Of a DNA stretch of 64,000 bases, positions 1-11,673 are shown one piece after another. Positions within the stretch are counted from its first letter, which is position 1, and the number at the start of each line of letters is the position of its first letter. The position numbers were made by a program, and so were the translations under genes. The DNA comes from Azolla caroliniana (lineage: Eukaryota > Plantae > Polypodiophyta): positions 13,330,001 to 13,394,000 of the forward strand of contig JBHGNT010000009.1 in assembly GCA_043228905.1 (NCBI GenBank). The letters are read 5' to 3'. The notes below the pieces were generated by a model. The model was not told where the DNA came from and did no database searches. It saw only the letters and a program-made list of their open reading frames with translations.

Positions 1-203
1 AACTGAACAGGAACAGGAGTAGGAGCAGGAACATGAACAGGAACAGGAACAGGTGCAATGGCTTGTCAAAGGAGGGGGAGCATTTGTTGGAGAAAGAGCT
101 CCAAAGTGGAACTATCCATGTTGACAGGTTTCGAATGGACATCAATGGATGATTCTGGTGGGAGGTGAGGGTTACACCCATAGAGTGCTCGAAATGGGTT
201 GAT

Positions 204-503
204 TCATGTTAACGCTTGTACAGATGTATTGTAGGTGTGGGTGACGAAAGGCAAGATTTGATCCCAGGTTTTGTGGCATGGATCGATGTAAGTGACAATC
301 TCCTTCTTGAGGGCCTTGTTGAGGCATCCGGTGAAGCCATTTGTCTGAGGATGGTATGGGGACTTAAACACATGTTGGACACCTAGTTGAGCTGCAATGA
401 CGTTGAGGACATCCTTGTGGAACTGGCGGCCCTGATCACATAATAGTTGGATGGGGCTAGTGGCGAAAAACGAGCTAGCAATTGGCGGATAGAGATCAAT
501 CAC
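204..503 (-). pseudogene. Ty3/gypsy-type integrase core fragment
   Basis: Translation ...LLCDQGRQF...KSPYHPQTNG...WDQILPFVTHTYNTS matches the rve DDE core; isolated and truncated. Confidence 0.75.
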
Positions 504-858
504 TGATGTGGCCTGAGGGCCACTTGGACTTGGCTGAGGTGGGCGACAGGAGGGCTATCGTGTAGGAGGGGGATCAGGGGAAGATCAATTGGCGAAGAAA
601 GATCAATTGCTCCTGTGAAGTGAGGGCCACCCGAACTTGGCTAAGGTGTGGGACAAGAGGGCTATCGAGGAAAGATCAATTCGTTGAGAAAGATCAATTG
701 CTCATGTGGACTGAGGTCTAGTTGGACTTAGTTGAGGTGGGGGATAGGAGGGCTATAGGCGGATAGAGATCAATCGCTCCTGTGGACTGAGGGCCACCTG
801 GACTTGATTGAGGTGGGGGACAAGAGGGCTATTGTGCAGGAGGGGGATCGGAGAAACT
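490..858. repeat. Degenerate tandem repeat, about 4 units of 75-105 bp
   Basis: Recurring GATCAAT.GCTC.TGTGGACTGAGGGCCAC..GGACTTG..TGAGGTGGGGGACA.GAGGGCTAT at about 495, 601, 692 and 768. Confidence 0.7.
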
Positions 859-1996
859 CGTGGGACAAGAAGTTTGTGGGCAACCTAAGGTGAGGGGGAA
901 GAGGTGGATGCTTGGATATGGGGGACTGGTGGCCGTCATCTCCACCAATATGTGAAATGCACATAAGAGATCAAAACCAGTCTACTTAGCTTCTTACTTC
1001 TTGCTCAATTTATACTTCTTGACCTAGTTGGTAATAATGTAATAAGATTGATGAAGGTCCTTATTAATTTGGTGGTTGATCATCAATAAAATGATATAGT
1101 TCACCAACCCATAGAGTCATCACTAATGAACAAATTCTTGTGAATGCACACATAGACACTCAAAGGTCACACCACCTTGTAACATAATTGATGTGTCATA
1201 GAGTTATATTCTATGACACATAGTTAATGTGTTTTCCAAGATTGAGAGAGAGAGTGGGAGTTTTAGTGAGAGAATGTAGAGAGAGGGCGACTTTATATAA
1301 AGCACCCTCTTGCCTCCTTTGTAGTGGTTGTTTATTCTTATTCCTTGTTAATATACATTTTAGTTTTCTATCACCTATCTATCTTGTGTCTCTCCTCTCA
1401 CACACACATATCTAATATATTCCACTTAACATAATTACACATGTAATTATTTACACTTTATGATTGTTATTTTGCCAAAATCCATGTTTTGAAAAGTAGG
1501 GAAAGATATAAAAATGGAATCTCAATGGAGATATGAAGAGAAGAATTAGTATAATGATATGGCCCACCATCTTTCAACTACTCCCCGAAGAATCAAAGAC
1601 AAATAGCCCACAAGCTCTAGGTTCATACAAGTTCATAGAAAATATTTATCACCTCCCACACCTATATATCATAGATTAGTTGTAAAGGAGGTATGTAATT
1701 ATGGTAGTTGTCTTGAACAACTATGAGGAAACAATCAATGAAGTAAACTCCTAGAAAGGAGGGATTACACAAGCTTCCTTTTAACTAAGGCACTACCAAC
1801 TAGCTTTGTAGGACACCTTAATCACAAGATTCATAACACTCAAATCCACACTAAGGATGCTTAAAACTCAAGTAGACATGTACATAATGCTGGGCTAAAA
1901 GTTCTACTCACACCATTGTATGTCCTAGTGTGAACACTCCTTGGAGTTAGGGCTAAGGGAGTTCTATCATGTTAGGGGCCATCCCTCCATGTACAA

Positions 1997-2541
1997 TGTT
2001 GTTTGGCCGACAATTGATTATTGTATGTAGCCAACACAATAGGTCGAACGTTCTATCAAGGTGATTGTGTTAGAAGGATGGACAGAGGAACTAGTCAGTA
2101 AATAGAACTTGATATTTGAGTAACCTTGATCAACTAATTGGTCTTAATATAATTACTTAGTAAGCATAGCAAACACAAATCGACACTAGGAATAACAATG
2201 CATAGAGATGTTGCCAACACAGAAATACTCTAACTAATAACTTATATTAATTCCAAAATAGAACGATAGATTTACAATACTTTTGGTCCCTCTTTTATAG
2301 GTAAAACTGAGCGTCTCTTTCCAATATTACACCTACCTCTATTTCGGCAAGAAGTAACACAAAACAGTTTTTACTACTTCTAATATCTATTTTTTCTACT
2401 TGGCAAAATAAATGTTGCTGACTCATAGATCCGCTACGTCGATCCAACTCCGACTCTTCTATATTTCTGAACATTGTTGACTCCAACCCTTTCACACCTG
2501 TTTGATTTTGACCTTCCGATCTTATAGCTGACCAACTAACA
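1997..2541 (-). repeat. 3' LTR of element A
   Basis: On minus it starts TGTTAGTTGGTCAG (C LTR: TGTTGGCCGGTCAG), has CCTATAAAA at 2293-2301 and ends GGCCAAACAACA. Confidence 0.7.
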
Positions 2542-2543
2542 CT

Positions 2544-2584
2544 TGGCACGCTTGTGGGACAATGCCTTGCATGGTTGAACCCCC
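2544..2584 (+). promoter_or_regulatory. Inverted tRNA-Arg(UCU)-type PBS at the PPT position of element A
   Basis: TGGCACGCTTGTGGGAC (2544-2560), 2 nt from the LTR end, then a small hairpin, then TTGAACCCCC (complement of the T-arm). Confidence 0.7.
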
Positions 2585-2592
2585 TTCCTTGC

Positions 2593-4610
2593 TTATTCCT
2601 GGAGCCCTAAGGGTTCGGGGTCTTCATCGTCGTCGTTGTGATCTTGGAGAATGTCGAACAAGGACGGTTCTTCTTCAGTCCCTTGTTTGGTGTCGGGCGC
2701 GTTCATTTCCTTGTTGTGTTTGGCTGCATCGGTGTCCTCTGCATTTGGCTGGTCTGCGGAAGCTCCTAGTTCGGTAGTCTCTTGCTGTCGTTGTTGTTCG
2801 TAGCTATCCAAGCATAACGGCGTGTCGATGTCATGGGCATCAAATTCTTCCATGAAGTGGGTGATTTCTTCCATATGACTGGCCACAAGCTCATACAAGG
2901 CTTGAGCGAGGTCTTCTTGAACTATTGCAATGGCTTCATCGGTCATTTTGAAGAATCCTACGCCTTGCTTTTTGCGATTATCCCTGTCGGTGCATAATAA
3001 TTCTAATTCTATTGCCTGTGCCGACCAAGTCTTCCAACCGTTGTCGAGGGTGTCGGCTACCAACTTCAACATTTTTTTCTTGTGAACTTGTAAGATCCGT
3101 GGAACTTTTTCTTCACCCATACTGACCTTATACTGCATCGTGGCCAATTCCTTTTGCATGTCTGCTATTTGAGCGTCTACCGACCCTTGTTTAGCCATTA
3201 GCTTAGCTTCTGTGACCAGTAATGCCAAGCGTTTTGCTTCATATTAGACCTCGAGTTGGGCATAGATCTTCGTTAATTCCGTATTTGCCGACTCGAGTGT
3301 TTCTTTCTGCTATTTGTATGTCGTCTGCATTTCAGATTTCTGGAGTACCAACTCAGACATTTGATCTGCATAATATTCCACCTAAAATCGGATATACTCC
3401 TCTAAGTCGTGTACTTTTTCCTCTTCTTCTGTCGTCGCCTCCCCTTCTCACTCAAGCATCTTCCTTAACACGTGGATTGCATTGTCTTTATGGTCCAACA
3501 ATGGTTCTGCCGAGTGCATTGTCTTTAACTCTGTCTCTTCACGAGTACAATGCGGTCTTCCATTTTTTTCACATTTTCCTCAACCTTGGCAGCTCTGGCG
3601 TTTGCCTCTTTGACCTTCTTCTCTGTTTCTTGCAGCTGATCCCACAGTTGTTGATCGGTTACATGTGGGATGCCTGCGAGGTCACAATGTTGTATATGGT
3701 CTTCGGCCTGTTTTATCTTTTCCTCTGCTTGTCGGAGCCTGTCCCATAGTTTGGTGTTGTCCACTTTAGCACTAGAGTACTGATAATTTAATTGATTAGT
3801 TGCCGTCGTGGCTTTCTGACATGCCTCGGCATGTCTTTTGCAACCGTGTTCGTTCGTGCATATTCCCGATGGACTTCTACTAGCGCCGTACTTAATGGCG
3901 ACATCTGAATTGCCTCGCCCCTAGATCTGGCATGTCTCAGTCGACCGATTCGATCCAACTCCGGTTGATCCTCGGGTTCAACTGCACCGATCATGGCCTT
4001 CTGAATCATAATTCGTTCCTTATGCTCTTGGCAAGCCATTTGAGAAGTTCATAAGATGTGCCAAATTGTAGAATTGTTGCAATTCATGTGTTGCCGGTGG
4101 AAATTCTTGTAATCCCAACACTTTGCTTGGAGTCATCGAAGATGATTTCCCGTTTTCTAGACAACTTGTGTCGGTTGGATTGACACACGTCTCTTGTTGT
4201 ATTGGTTGTGTCTGCTGTTGTTGTTGTTCAACTTGCTGCCTCTTCTTTGCTTGTGTCTCCTCTTCTAGTTGTTGAAATCTTCGACTTTTCTGCTTCGTTC
4301 AGAATGTAGGTGGTTGGTGTTGATTCTCAGCCTCGAAAGTCGGTGTTGATTCTTAGATAGGTTGGGTTGGTGGAATCGGTTCCTGAACCGGTTGTAACCA
4401 TGAATTCAGAGTCCATATTGGCTCCATTACCAGAGTGTCGAAATTCAGAGTCGGCTCCAGCTCCCGTTGTGGTTCGACTATAGATTGTCGGGCTGGTTTT
4501 GACTCTTGGGTGTCGACGGTTGCTGGCTCCGATTCTTGCCACTCTTCACATGGTACTTCCCTCCGGGCCCTCGATGTCCACTCTGGCTGCCGCCCTCTTT
4601 CCTTCCTTGG
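2593..4610 (-). pseudogene. Disrupted extra (post-integrase) coiled-coil ORF of element A
   Basis: ORF pieces 3788-4039, 3525-3764 and 2593-3228 align by eye with the D and C extra ORFs (e.g. LSTALVEVHREYAR vs LNMALVEVHRELAK). Confidence 0.75.
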
Positions 4611-5054
4611 TGTTGGCCGGTTAGGCCAGAGTATGAACGGGGAGCCGGTTTTGGGAGTTGTAATTAGATAAATTATGTTAATTATAAGATCGGACGGACA
4701 GACTCGGAATCGGTATGCTGATCCAGATCTAGACCGGTTCGTAGCCGGTTGCCTGTTGGCACCGGTTTGTAACACAACCGGATACCTATAAAAGGATCTG
4801 GAGACGATGTAATTAACAATGGATAATTAATAGAGAAGAGTTGTGGCTTTATGTACTGTTTATCTTGTTAATGTCGTTCTGTGCTTAATGTGATTATCAT
4901 ACGCGTGTATCAAGTTAATCATTCCAGATAGTAATTGGGAAGGATCAGTTATGTATTACGGCCTGCACATTCCTTACCGTACCACCCCTTTGGTGAAGTG
5001 TTCCAAAGGGACACCACACCCAGTGTCAGTGGCTTGTCCAGCCCACGTACAACA
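4611..5054 (+). repeat. 5' LTR of element B
   Basis: TGTTGGCCGG...ACAACA; CCTATAAAAGG box; homologous to the C LTRs. Confidence 0.85.
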
Positions 5055-5060
5055 CAGTTT

Positions 5061-5070
5061 TGGCGACCAC
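5061..5070 (+). promoter_or_regulatory. PBS, tRNA-Arg(UCG)-type
   Basis: TGGCGACCAC, 6 nt after the LTR; 10-nt complement to the remembered plant tRNA-Arg(UCG) 3' end. Confidence 0.7.
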
Positions 5071-5909
5071 GATTCTTGCAAAAAGCGCAATGAATAACGG
5101 GGGAATGGATGAATAGACTGGCGAACGACCCAGTGGCCAAGCGAGCAAGAAGACTCGCTGAGAGAGTGCGGAAGCGGGAGGCTTACTGGCAGGCGGAGGA
5201 GGAGATCCGATCGGATCGGTCTTTTCCTAGAGTGATTCGGCGGGTCACGGAGGAGTCACTCTGATTGCAACAAAACCACCATCCGGAAGAAGGAAGTAGT
5301 TTGAGCAGTCCATTCTGCAAACACTGGCCGCAAGAGCTGACGGTTCGGAAGCGTTCTCTGCCATCGAATCGGATTCGAACGACGAACACAACGTCCAATC
5401 GTATTATCGTAGTAGCCACGATACACCAGACGCCCCGGAAGACGACGAGTCGGACCACATACCGACACCGGAGCCGGAGACAACAAAACCGGAGCCGGAA
5501 ACAACAAAACCGGAAGCTCCGGACAAAACGACCGGTACGAACCACCAAGCGGAGGAGCGAGTTCCGACACCACAACCCAAGTCACCGACGGAGCATGAGG
5601 AGTGAGTTCCGACACCGGCCCCGATAGCACAAGAAGACGACGACACAATGCCTTACCAATATCCGGAGTATCGGGATGACCCGGACGCGGAAGCCCATGT
5701 ATACGCATTTCCCGAAACTTGGGAGGCGAATCGTGTCTTCCAACGACTGAATGAAGTAGAGGTAGAACGATAAAAAATTGCGGAATTCGGCATGACTTTT
5801 GAGGGACCCGCGACACGTTGGCACTCCAAGCACCTCCCCGACAATATCGCCATGTTTGAGGATTTAAAGACTAGATTTCTACGCTTCTTCCATAGACAGG
5901 TGGATCAAA

Positions 5910-6584
5910 GAGAGATTGTCGGCCAATTTTATATGACATGGCAGGACTCGTCCGAAACCTTTCAATAGTTCATTATCCGGTTCCAGACGATGCATAGTTA
6001 ACTCACCAGAGCACCGCTAGAAGCAAAAGCGAAAGCGGTATTTTTGGCAGCGCCCCAGGAACCTCTCCGAACCGTGTGTGCTCATAAATTTTCGGACCAG
6101 CACAATAGAGCAGGTCATTGACCGGGTCATGGAAATGGACAAAACTAGTTCGTGGTTGACGATTGGAGCACTCCAAAGAACACTCCCTACCGAAGAGGAC
6201 CTACGCTTTTGCTAGGTGGTCCAATGCAAGACGTGCCTTAACCCCGGGCACTCAACAATAGATTGCATGATGAGATCGCAGTGCATGCTATGCCATTCCT
6301 GGTCATACACAATGGACCGCTGTGAGTACAACCTGCTGAATCGGCAAGCTGCACCAGTCCGGCACATCGAGACCTGGAACGACCGGAAAGACGAAGAAGA
6401 ACGATTTCGGCGAGACGATCGCTATAGATCGGTTCAAAACGTCCGATACAATGACCGACAGGATGATTATGACTAGGACCGGAGCGAGAGAAGCTGCGAC
6501 TATAACGACGATCGTTATAATCGAGATTTCTCCCCTGGCTATAATCGGAGAAGAGACGATCAACGGGGGGGAGACTATGAAGAC
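5910..6584 (+). repeat. Left copy of a 675-bp direct duplication of B gag
   Basis: Matches 8224-8898 at a constant offset of 2314, with about 11 substitutions counted by eye. Confidence 0.95.
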
Positions 6585-6990
6585 TTTTTTATATGTATTA
6601 GTATCAGAAAGGTGTTCTATAGCTTTGTTATAGTACGTGTCCTTATCAAGAACACACACTCCAACATTCTTGTTAGCAGGTAGGATTATGATTTTGTTGT
6701 TTTTCTTAAGAGATTGTAAGGCTAGTGATAAGTGAGGTGCAATCCTAGTGGGTTTTAATTTGAGTGTATGAAGTGTGTCCCTAAAGATAGTTTGGTGTTT
6801 AGATATAATGTTTTCTAGGGGAGTGTACTTAGTAGGAGGTTGCCAACTGGGGTTAGGTAGCTTAAAGGGATTTTGGGGCAAATTATCCACATCTTTAAAA
6901 AAATGTTTAAGTCGAAGGGTCCTACTTAGGCTATTAAATTCTTTAAGTAGGGTAGGGGATGATGGTGGAGAAGATCCTTGCGATATTGTG
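6585..6990 (-). pseudogene. N-terminal region of a PLE reverse transcriptase (truncated)
   Basis: EFNSLSRTLRLKHFF...W.PP...ALQSLKKNNKIIILPANKNVGVCVLDKDTYYNKAIEHLSDTNTY matches the PLE L..L..D..I.I.PADK...V.LD...Y..K....L.D..TY signature. Confidence 0.8.
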
Positions 6991-7473
6991 TTTAAGTCGA
7001 AGGGTCCCACATCCTCCCCTCATCTAAACCCATACTTATCCCTATCCTTACCCCTCATCTCTCTTAACTCTACCTTCCCCTTCTCTCTTCCTTTTTAAGC
7101 CATACATTCCCCTCTCCCTTACTTTTTAACCCCACACGTGTGCCCACATCACCATTCCCTTTTCTCTAGCTTATAACAACTTTACCCCTCCTTCCTTAAA
7201 CATGCACATGCACGTGTTCATGTGTGCACATCCCTTACCCCTCTCTCTCACTTCTCCCTACACTCTTTCCCATACCCTCTCACTCCTTCCCTCTTACCAT
7301 TCCCTTTTCCCTATCCTTAAAAAAACCTTAAAACTTACATCCCACTATCTTTTTCTCCCTTAAATGTGCACATATGCACATAGCACACCCTTGCCCCCCA
7401 CTCCCAACTTTGATCCCACATCCTCACTATACCCCTCTCCTAAAATCCTATATAAACCCCCTCCCTCACCCTC

Positions 7474-7534
7474 ATGGTCTTATGTTGGCACTGATGAGCC
7501 CGTGATGGGCGAAACTAGTTTGCCATAAGACCAT
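7474..7534 (+). ncRNA. Type I minimal hammerhead ribozyme
   Basis: Stem I ATGGTCTTA-(tgt)-TGGCA / TGCCA-TAAGACCAT; core CTGATGA 7491-7497; stem II GCCC-gtgat-GGGC; GAAA 7511-7514; palindromic mini stem III AAACTAGTTT; predicted cleavage after GUU at 7520. Confidence 0.9.
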
Positions 7535-8223
7535 ACCTCAAACCCCATGTAATTTTTCATTTATAATGTTAATTACATGTTTTTAATTATGCTTCTCTCC
7601 CTCGCTCTCTCTCTTCTAATCGTGTCTTAATTATGTTTCTCTAGTTCGTAATAGCACCTCTCTATTTCATTTCTATTAGTATGGTAATCCTCTTCCCTCC
7701 CCGTAACCCTTGTTTTTAAATTTTAATTATGTTTTTCGTCTCGTATTTTAGTTTTAATCTTAGGTTTTTTTATGTCTTAATCTCTCACTCTCTCTCTCTC
7801 TCTCTAGTTTTAATCTTAGGTTTATTTATGTTTTAATCTCTCTCTCTCTCTCTCTCTCTACTTTAATTAGTATGTTAATCCCCCTCCCTTTTAAGCCTAT
7901 CTTTTAATTTTAATTTCTTTCTAATTACCCCACCCTTTACTTTATTTTTACGATCATGTTTCTAGATTTAGATTTCATGTTTGTTAGTTTTCGGGTTATG
8001 TTTTTTTGTTTTAGTGTTTATGTTTCTAATCTTAGTGTTTTAAACCCCCACCCCTCTTCCTTTTTGTTATTCCTAATCATGCCGGCTCCCTCTCCTTTCT
8101 TCTACCTCGTCTTCGATTCGGGTGCGCTCAAATCGAGCGTGGTGTTCCTCTTCGCCTACCTCTACCCGCCGATTATCGACCATTCCGCACTCCTTGTTCC
8201 GACCGTAAGGTCCATAAACTTAC

Positions 8224-8898
8224 GAGAGATTGTTGGCCAATTTTATATGACATGGCAGGACTCGTCCGAAACCTTTCAATAGTTCATTATCCGGTTCCAA
8301 ACGATGCATAGTTAACTCACCAGAGCACCGCTAGAAGCAAAAGCGAAAGCAGTATTTTTGGCAGCGCCCCAGGAACCTCTTCGAACCGTGTGTGGTCATA
8401 AATTTTCGGACCAGCACAATAGACTAGGTCATTGACCGGGTCATGGAAATGGACAAAACTAGTTCGTGGTTGACGATTGGAGCACTCCAAAGAACACTCC
8501 CTACCGAAGAGGACCTACGCTTTTGCTAGGTGGTCCAATGCAAGACGTGCCTTAACCCCGGGCACTCAACAATAGATTGCACGATGAGATCGCAGTGCAT
8601 GCTATGCCATTCCTGGTCATACACAATGGACCGCTGTGAGTACAACCTGCTGAATCGGCAAGCTGCACCAGTCCGGCACATCGAGACCTGGAACGACCGG
8701 AAAGACGAAGAAGAACGATTTCGGCGAGACGATCGCTATAGATCGGTTCAAAACGTCCGATACAGTGACCGACAGGATGATTATGACTAGGACCGGAGCG
8801 AGAGAAGCTGCGACTATAACGGCGATCGTTATAATCGAGATTTCTCCCCTGGCTATAATCGGAGAAGAGAGGATCAACGGGGGGGAGACTATGAAGAC
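8224..8898 (+). repeat. Right copy of the 675-bp duplication
   Basis: See 5910-6584; B gag continues normally after 8898. Confidence 0.95.
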
Positions 8899-9760
8899 CG
8901 GCGCCAGCAAGGATACCAGAACAACCGACGCTATAATAAAAAACGGAATGCTCGGAAAGAGGATCGTCGGGAACCGGCAAAGGATTACCAAGGAGAGCCG
9001 GATAGAAGCATAACTAGCGCTCAAACGGAACAAAGAAGAGCAAAGGAGCCTAATCGGGCAGTATCCATATTTCAACCGGGTAACATGCCAAAAGCAGAGT
9101 CTAGCAATACATGGAAGGCGTATTGCTACTATTGCCGCCAATAGGGACACTACATAAACCAATGTTCGGTAAAGAGTAACGAAAAATGACTGACAATCAA
9201 CATGGTGGTCGCGGAAGTGGCGGACATCCAGCAAGTCACCACTAGATCAAAGGGAAAGATGGCCGAATGGGAGGCTCCACAAGCTATCCGCAAACAAGCT
9301 ACAGAATGGATCGAAAAGGCAAATGAACGGAATGTCAGCGAATTAAAGGAGCAAAGGAACGCATTGGAGGAACCTACAGAGATGACGCAGCAGGAGAACC
9401 CCACATGGCAGGCATTACAGGAATGCCAGATCATGCTACCACTGGGTTGGTTACTGCAATTGGTGCCCCGATTCACCGATGGGTTAAAATTGGCATTGGC
9501 CCCACCAAGCCCCACACCGGCTCCGACGTTCTTTTCAAATCTGGAGGAAGGGCCAATAGTGGTGGATACCAGCAGTTCCGCAATCAACGCCATTATCAAA
9601 GGACGGGAAGTACCAGGGACGATCGTCAATGGCGGATCGGGAGTAAACGTAATAAGCCTCCGAACATGAAACACTCTTGGAATCCAAGAATGGGAACCAT
9701 GCCCGTTCTGGCTCCGGATGGCAGACACTAGCTCAGTACGACTGGCCGGAATAATTAGAG

Positions 9761-11290
9761 TGGTTGTGGATCCTACTAATTCTAGGTTTATTAAGGAGAG
9801 GTGTCCAAATTTTATTACGGGGTTTCCTACTATGGGTCTTTTTCACATATGGGGAGAAGGGAAAAATAGATGTATGACGTCCTAACCACATGAAAGTATC
9901 TAAAGTAGAAGTAGGTCTATTGAGAAGGTAAAAGAGACGTTTCGCGGGATGTATGGCGTGCCGAAACTGTTTACTATCCCGTTTGGCACGCCTAGCTACA
10001 CGTTTTTTGTCCTAACATTATTGCATGGGAAAATTTGTAGTTTTGTGGGAAGGGGCCGATTATTGTGAGTACGGATAGGTTGTTTTCTATGAGGGATTTC
10101 ATATAAGTGTGGGGGAAATTTTGAGGGTGCGGTAGAATATTGAAGTCTACTAGAAGTAGAAGGGGAGTTATGTGTAAAGAAGGGGGGGGTATGTGTAGGA
10201 AATGCATGAAAAGGGGGAGGGGTATAGTTTGGAAATAGGGAAACGTTGTGGGGGTTATTAGGGGGGAAATGCATAGGGGCATGGTTAAAAAATGGGGGAG
10301 GGGTATGAGGGGGGTTTATAGAAAATAAAGGGGGGGCATGCATCAAATTTGTAGGAAGTAAGGACGGGGGGGGGGGGGGGGGGGAGGGGCGTGATTAGGG
10401 TTAAACGAATATGGGAAGTGAGAGGGTATGTTTGAAATTGTCTGCAGGGATGGGGTGGGGAGGAGAGGAGGAGGAGGAGGGCCGAGAGGGAAAGACGGAA
10501 GGTCGTTCGTGCCATGGCTTGCATGATCTCCTGCACATCCGCCATGGGGATACACTTCTTGTCTTATGTTGGCACGTGTGCCGCTTCCATAAGATGTACG
10601 GCCTTCGCATTGGATGGACCTCCCGTATCGACCCGTAGGATAATTACCGCCACGGCTCATGTAGCCACCGTTATGGTGTGACAATCGTCCACCATCGCCG
10701 CACGTGTAGCCGCTATCGAAGTAAGATCTTCGCTCTCTGTTGTATCCTTCCAATTCAAATTCCGGCGAGGTATGGTGGTGATGTATAGGCTGCGAGTGTG
10801 GCTCGTGTGAGGCTGAAATATATTGGTTTGAATTTCGTTCGATGTGAGGATGTTGGACAGATGTCCTCGGTGGGTATGCCGCTTCCGCCGTGCATGAGGG
10901 AACCATGTGCCCTATATGGTTAGTTGGGTTGTAGATAGGATTAAAGAAAGGGCGATTAGGGTTATAAAGTAAGACTCGTGGGCCATAATGGTTTTGATGA
11001 GGACTTCTACTTACTTGATTATTTGTTATATTGCAGATGTATTGCGGGAGGAGGTTCCGGTGGTTCAATGATCGAGGATTTCTTTTTGCTGGAAAATTAG
11101 GGTTAGGGTTAGGGTTAGCAATAGGGTTAGATTTTTGAAAAGGATTAGGTTTTAGGTTCTTTGTAGAGGATTTTAGTTTGGGGTTGGGGTTAGTGTTAGA
11201 GTTAGCGTTAGCTTTAGGGTTAGGTTTTTGAATGGGATAATTTGTAGAGGATTTCTTTGGTTTTTCACTCCCAATGTAATTTGGAATTGT
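9761..11290 (-). other. Unassigned insert, possibly a PLE 5' region, separating B from C
   Basis: Strong G/C strand skew, low-complexity ORF 10343-11068, a basic minus-strand frame ending ...KPRISRIHNHS at the B junction, and telomere-like repeats. Confidence 0.4.
11097..11225 (+). repeat. Short interstitial telomere-like (TTAGGG)n tract with degenerate copies
   Basis: TTAGGGTTAGGGTTAGGGTTAG at 11097-11118, then TTGGGG, TTAGTG, TTAGAG, TTAGCG and TTTAGGGTTAGG variants. Confidence 0.7.
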
Positions 11291-11621
11291 AGTAGAATAA
11301 TAGTAGAATTATTATTCGGAGGGACAGATCCGGTACAGTTGTACCGATCCGGATCCGGACCGATTCGGATGTCGGTTGCCTAAGCGCACCGATTGTAACC
11401 TTGCCGGATGCCTATAAAAGGATCCGATGAATTGTAAAGGGTTTGACGGAAGTAATACAAAAGTAATTATTGCGTGTTTATCTGTATCTTCGTATTGTTT
11501 ACCATCTGTGCTTAATTGTAATCATCTTACGCGTGTAACCTAGCATCCAATCCTTACCACTCCTTTGGAGAAGTGTCAGATAGACACCTGTGTTGAGGCT
11601 AGTCCGTCCAGGCAGACAACA
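11291..11621 (+). repeat. 5' LTR of C (5'-truncated); PBS TGGCAACCAC at 11628-11637
   Basis: Direct repeat of 20941-21245; ends GACAACA. Confidence 0.92.
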
Positions 11622-11673
11622 CTATTTTGGCAACCACGATTCCTGCAAAGTGCAGAGGACAACCGGGGGATGG

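Larger units (their letters stand above)
1997..4610 (-). mobile_element. Element A: 3' part of an Athila/OTA-like Ty3/gypsy element (extra ORF plus 3' LTR), cut off by element B
   Basis: Minus-strand ORF pieces are homologous to the extra ORFs of C and D (LDNGWKTWSAQAIEL...FFKM vs LWKEWSQQAAEL...FYKM); LTR at 1997-2541. Confidence 0.8.
6585..8223. mobile_element. Penelope-like element (PLE) fragment with internally inverted structure
   Basis: Minus-strand PLE RT N-terminal region joined to a plus-strand pyrimidine-rich segment carrying a hammerhead ribozyme. Confidence 0.75.
4611..9760 (+). mobile_element. Element B: decayed 5' half (LTR, gag, protease) of the same family as C
   Basis: LTR, PBS, then gag and protease colinear with C (MPYQYPEYRDD, CKTCLNPGH, TIVNGGSGVN) with many stops; ends within the protease. 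Confidence 0.9.

Noticed and set aside
1179-1996. Additional LTR or gene
   Set aside because: TATA-like and GA-rich features are present, but no partner repeat, PBS or coding motif supports a call.
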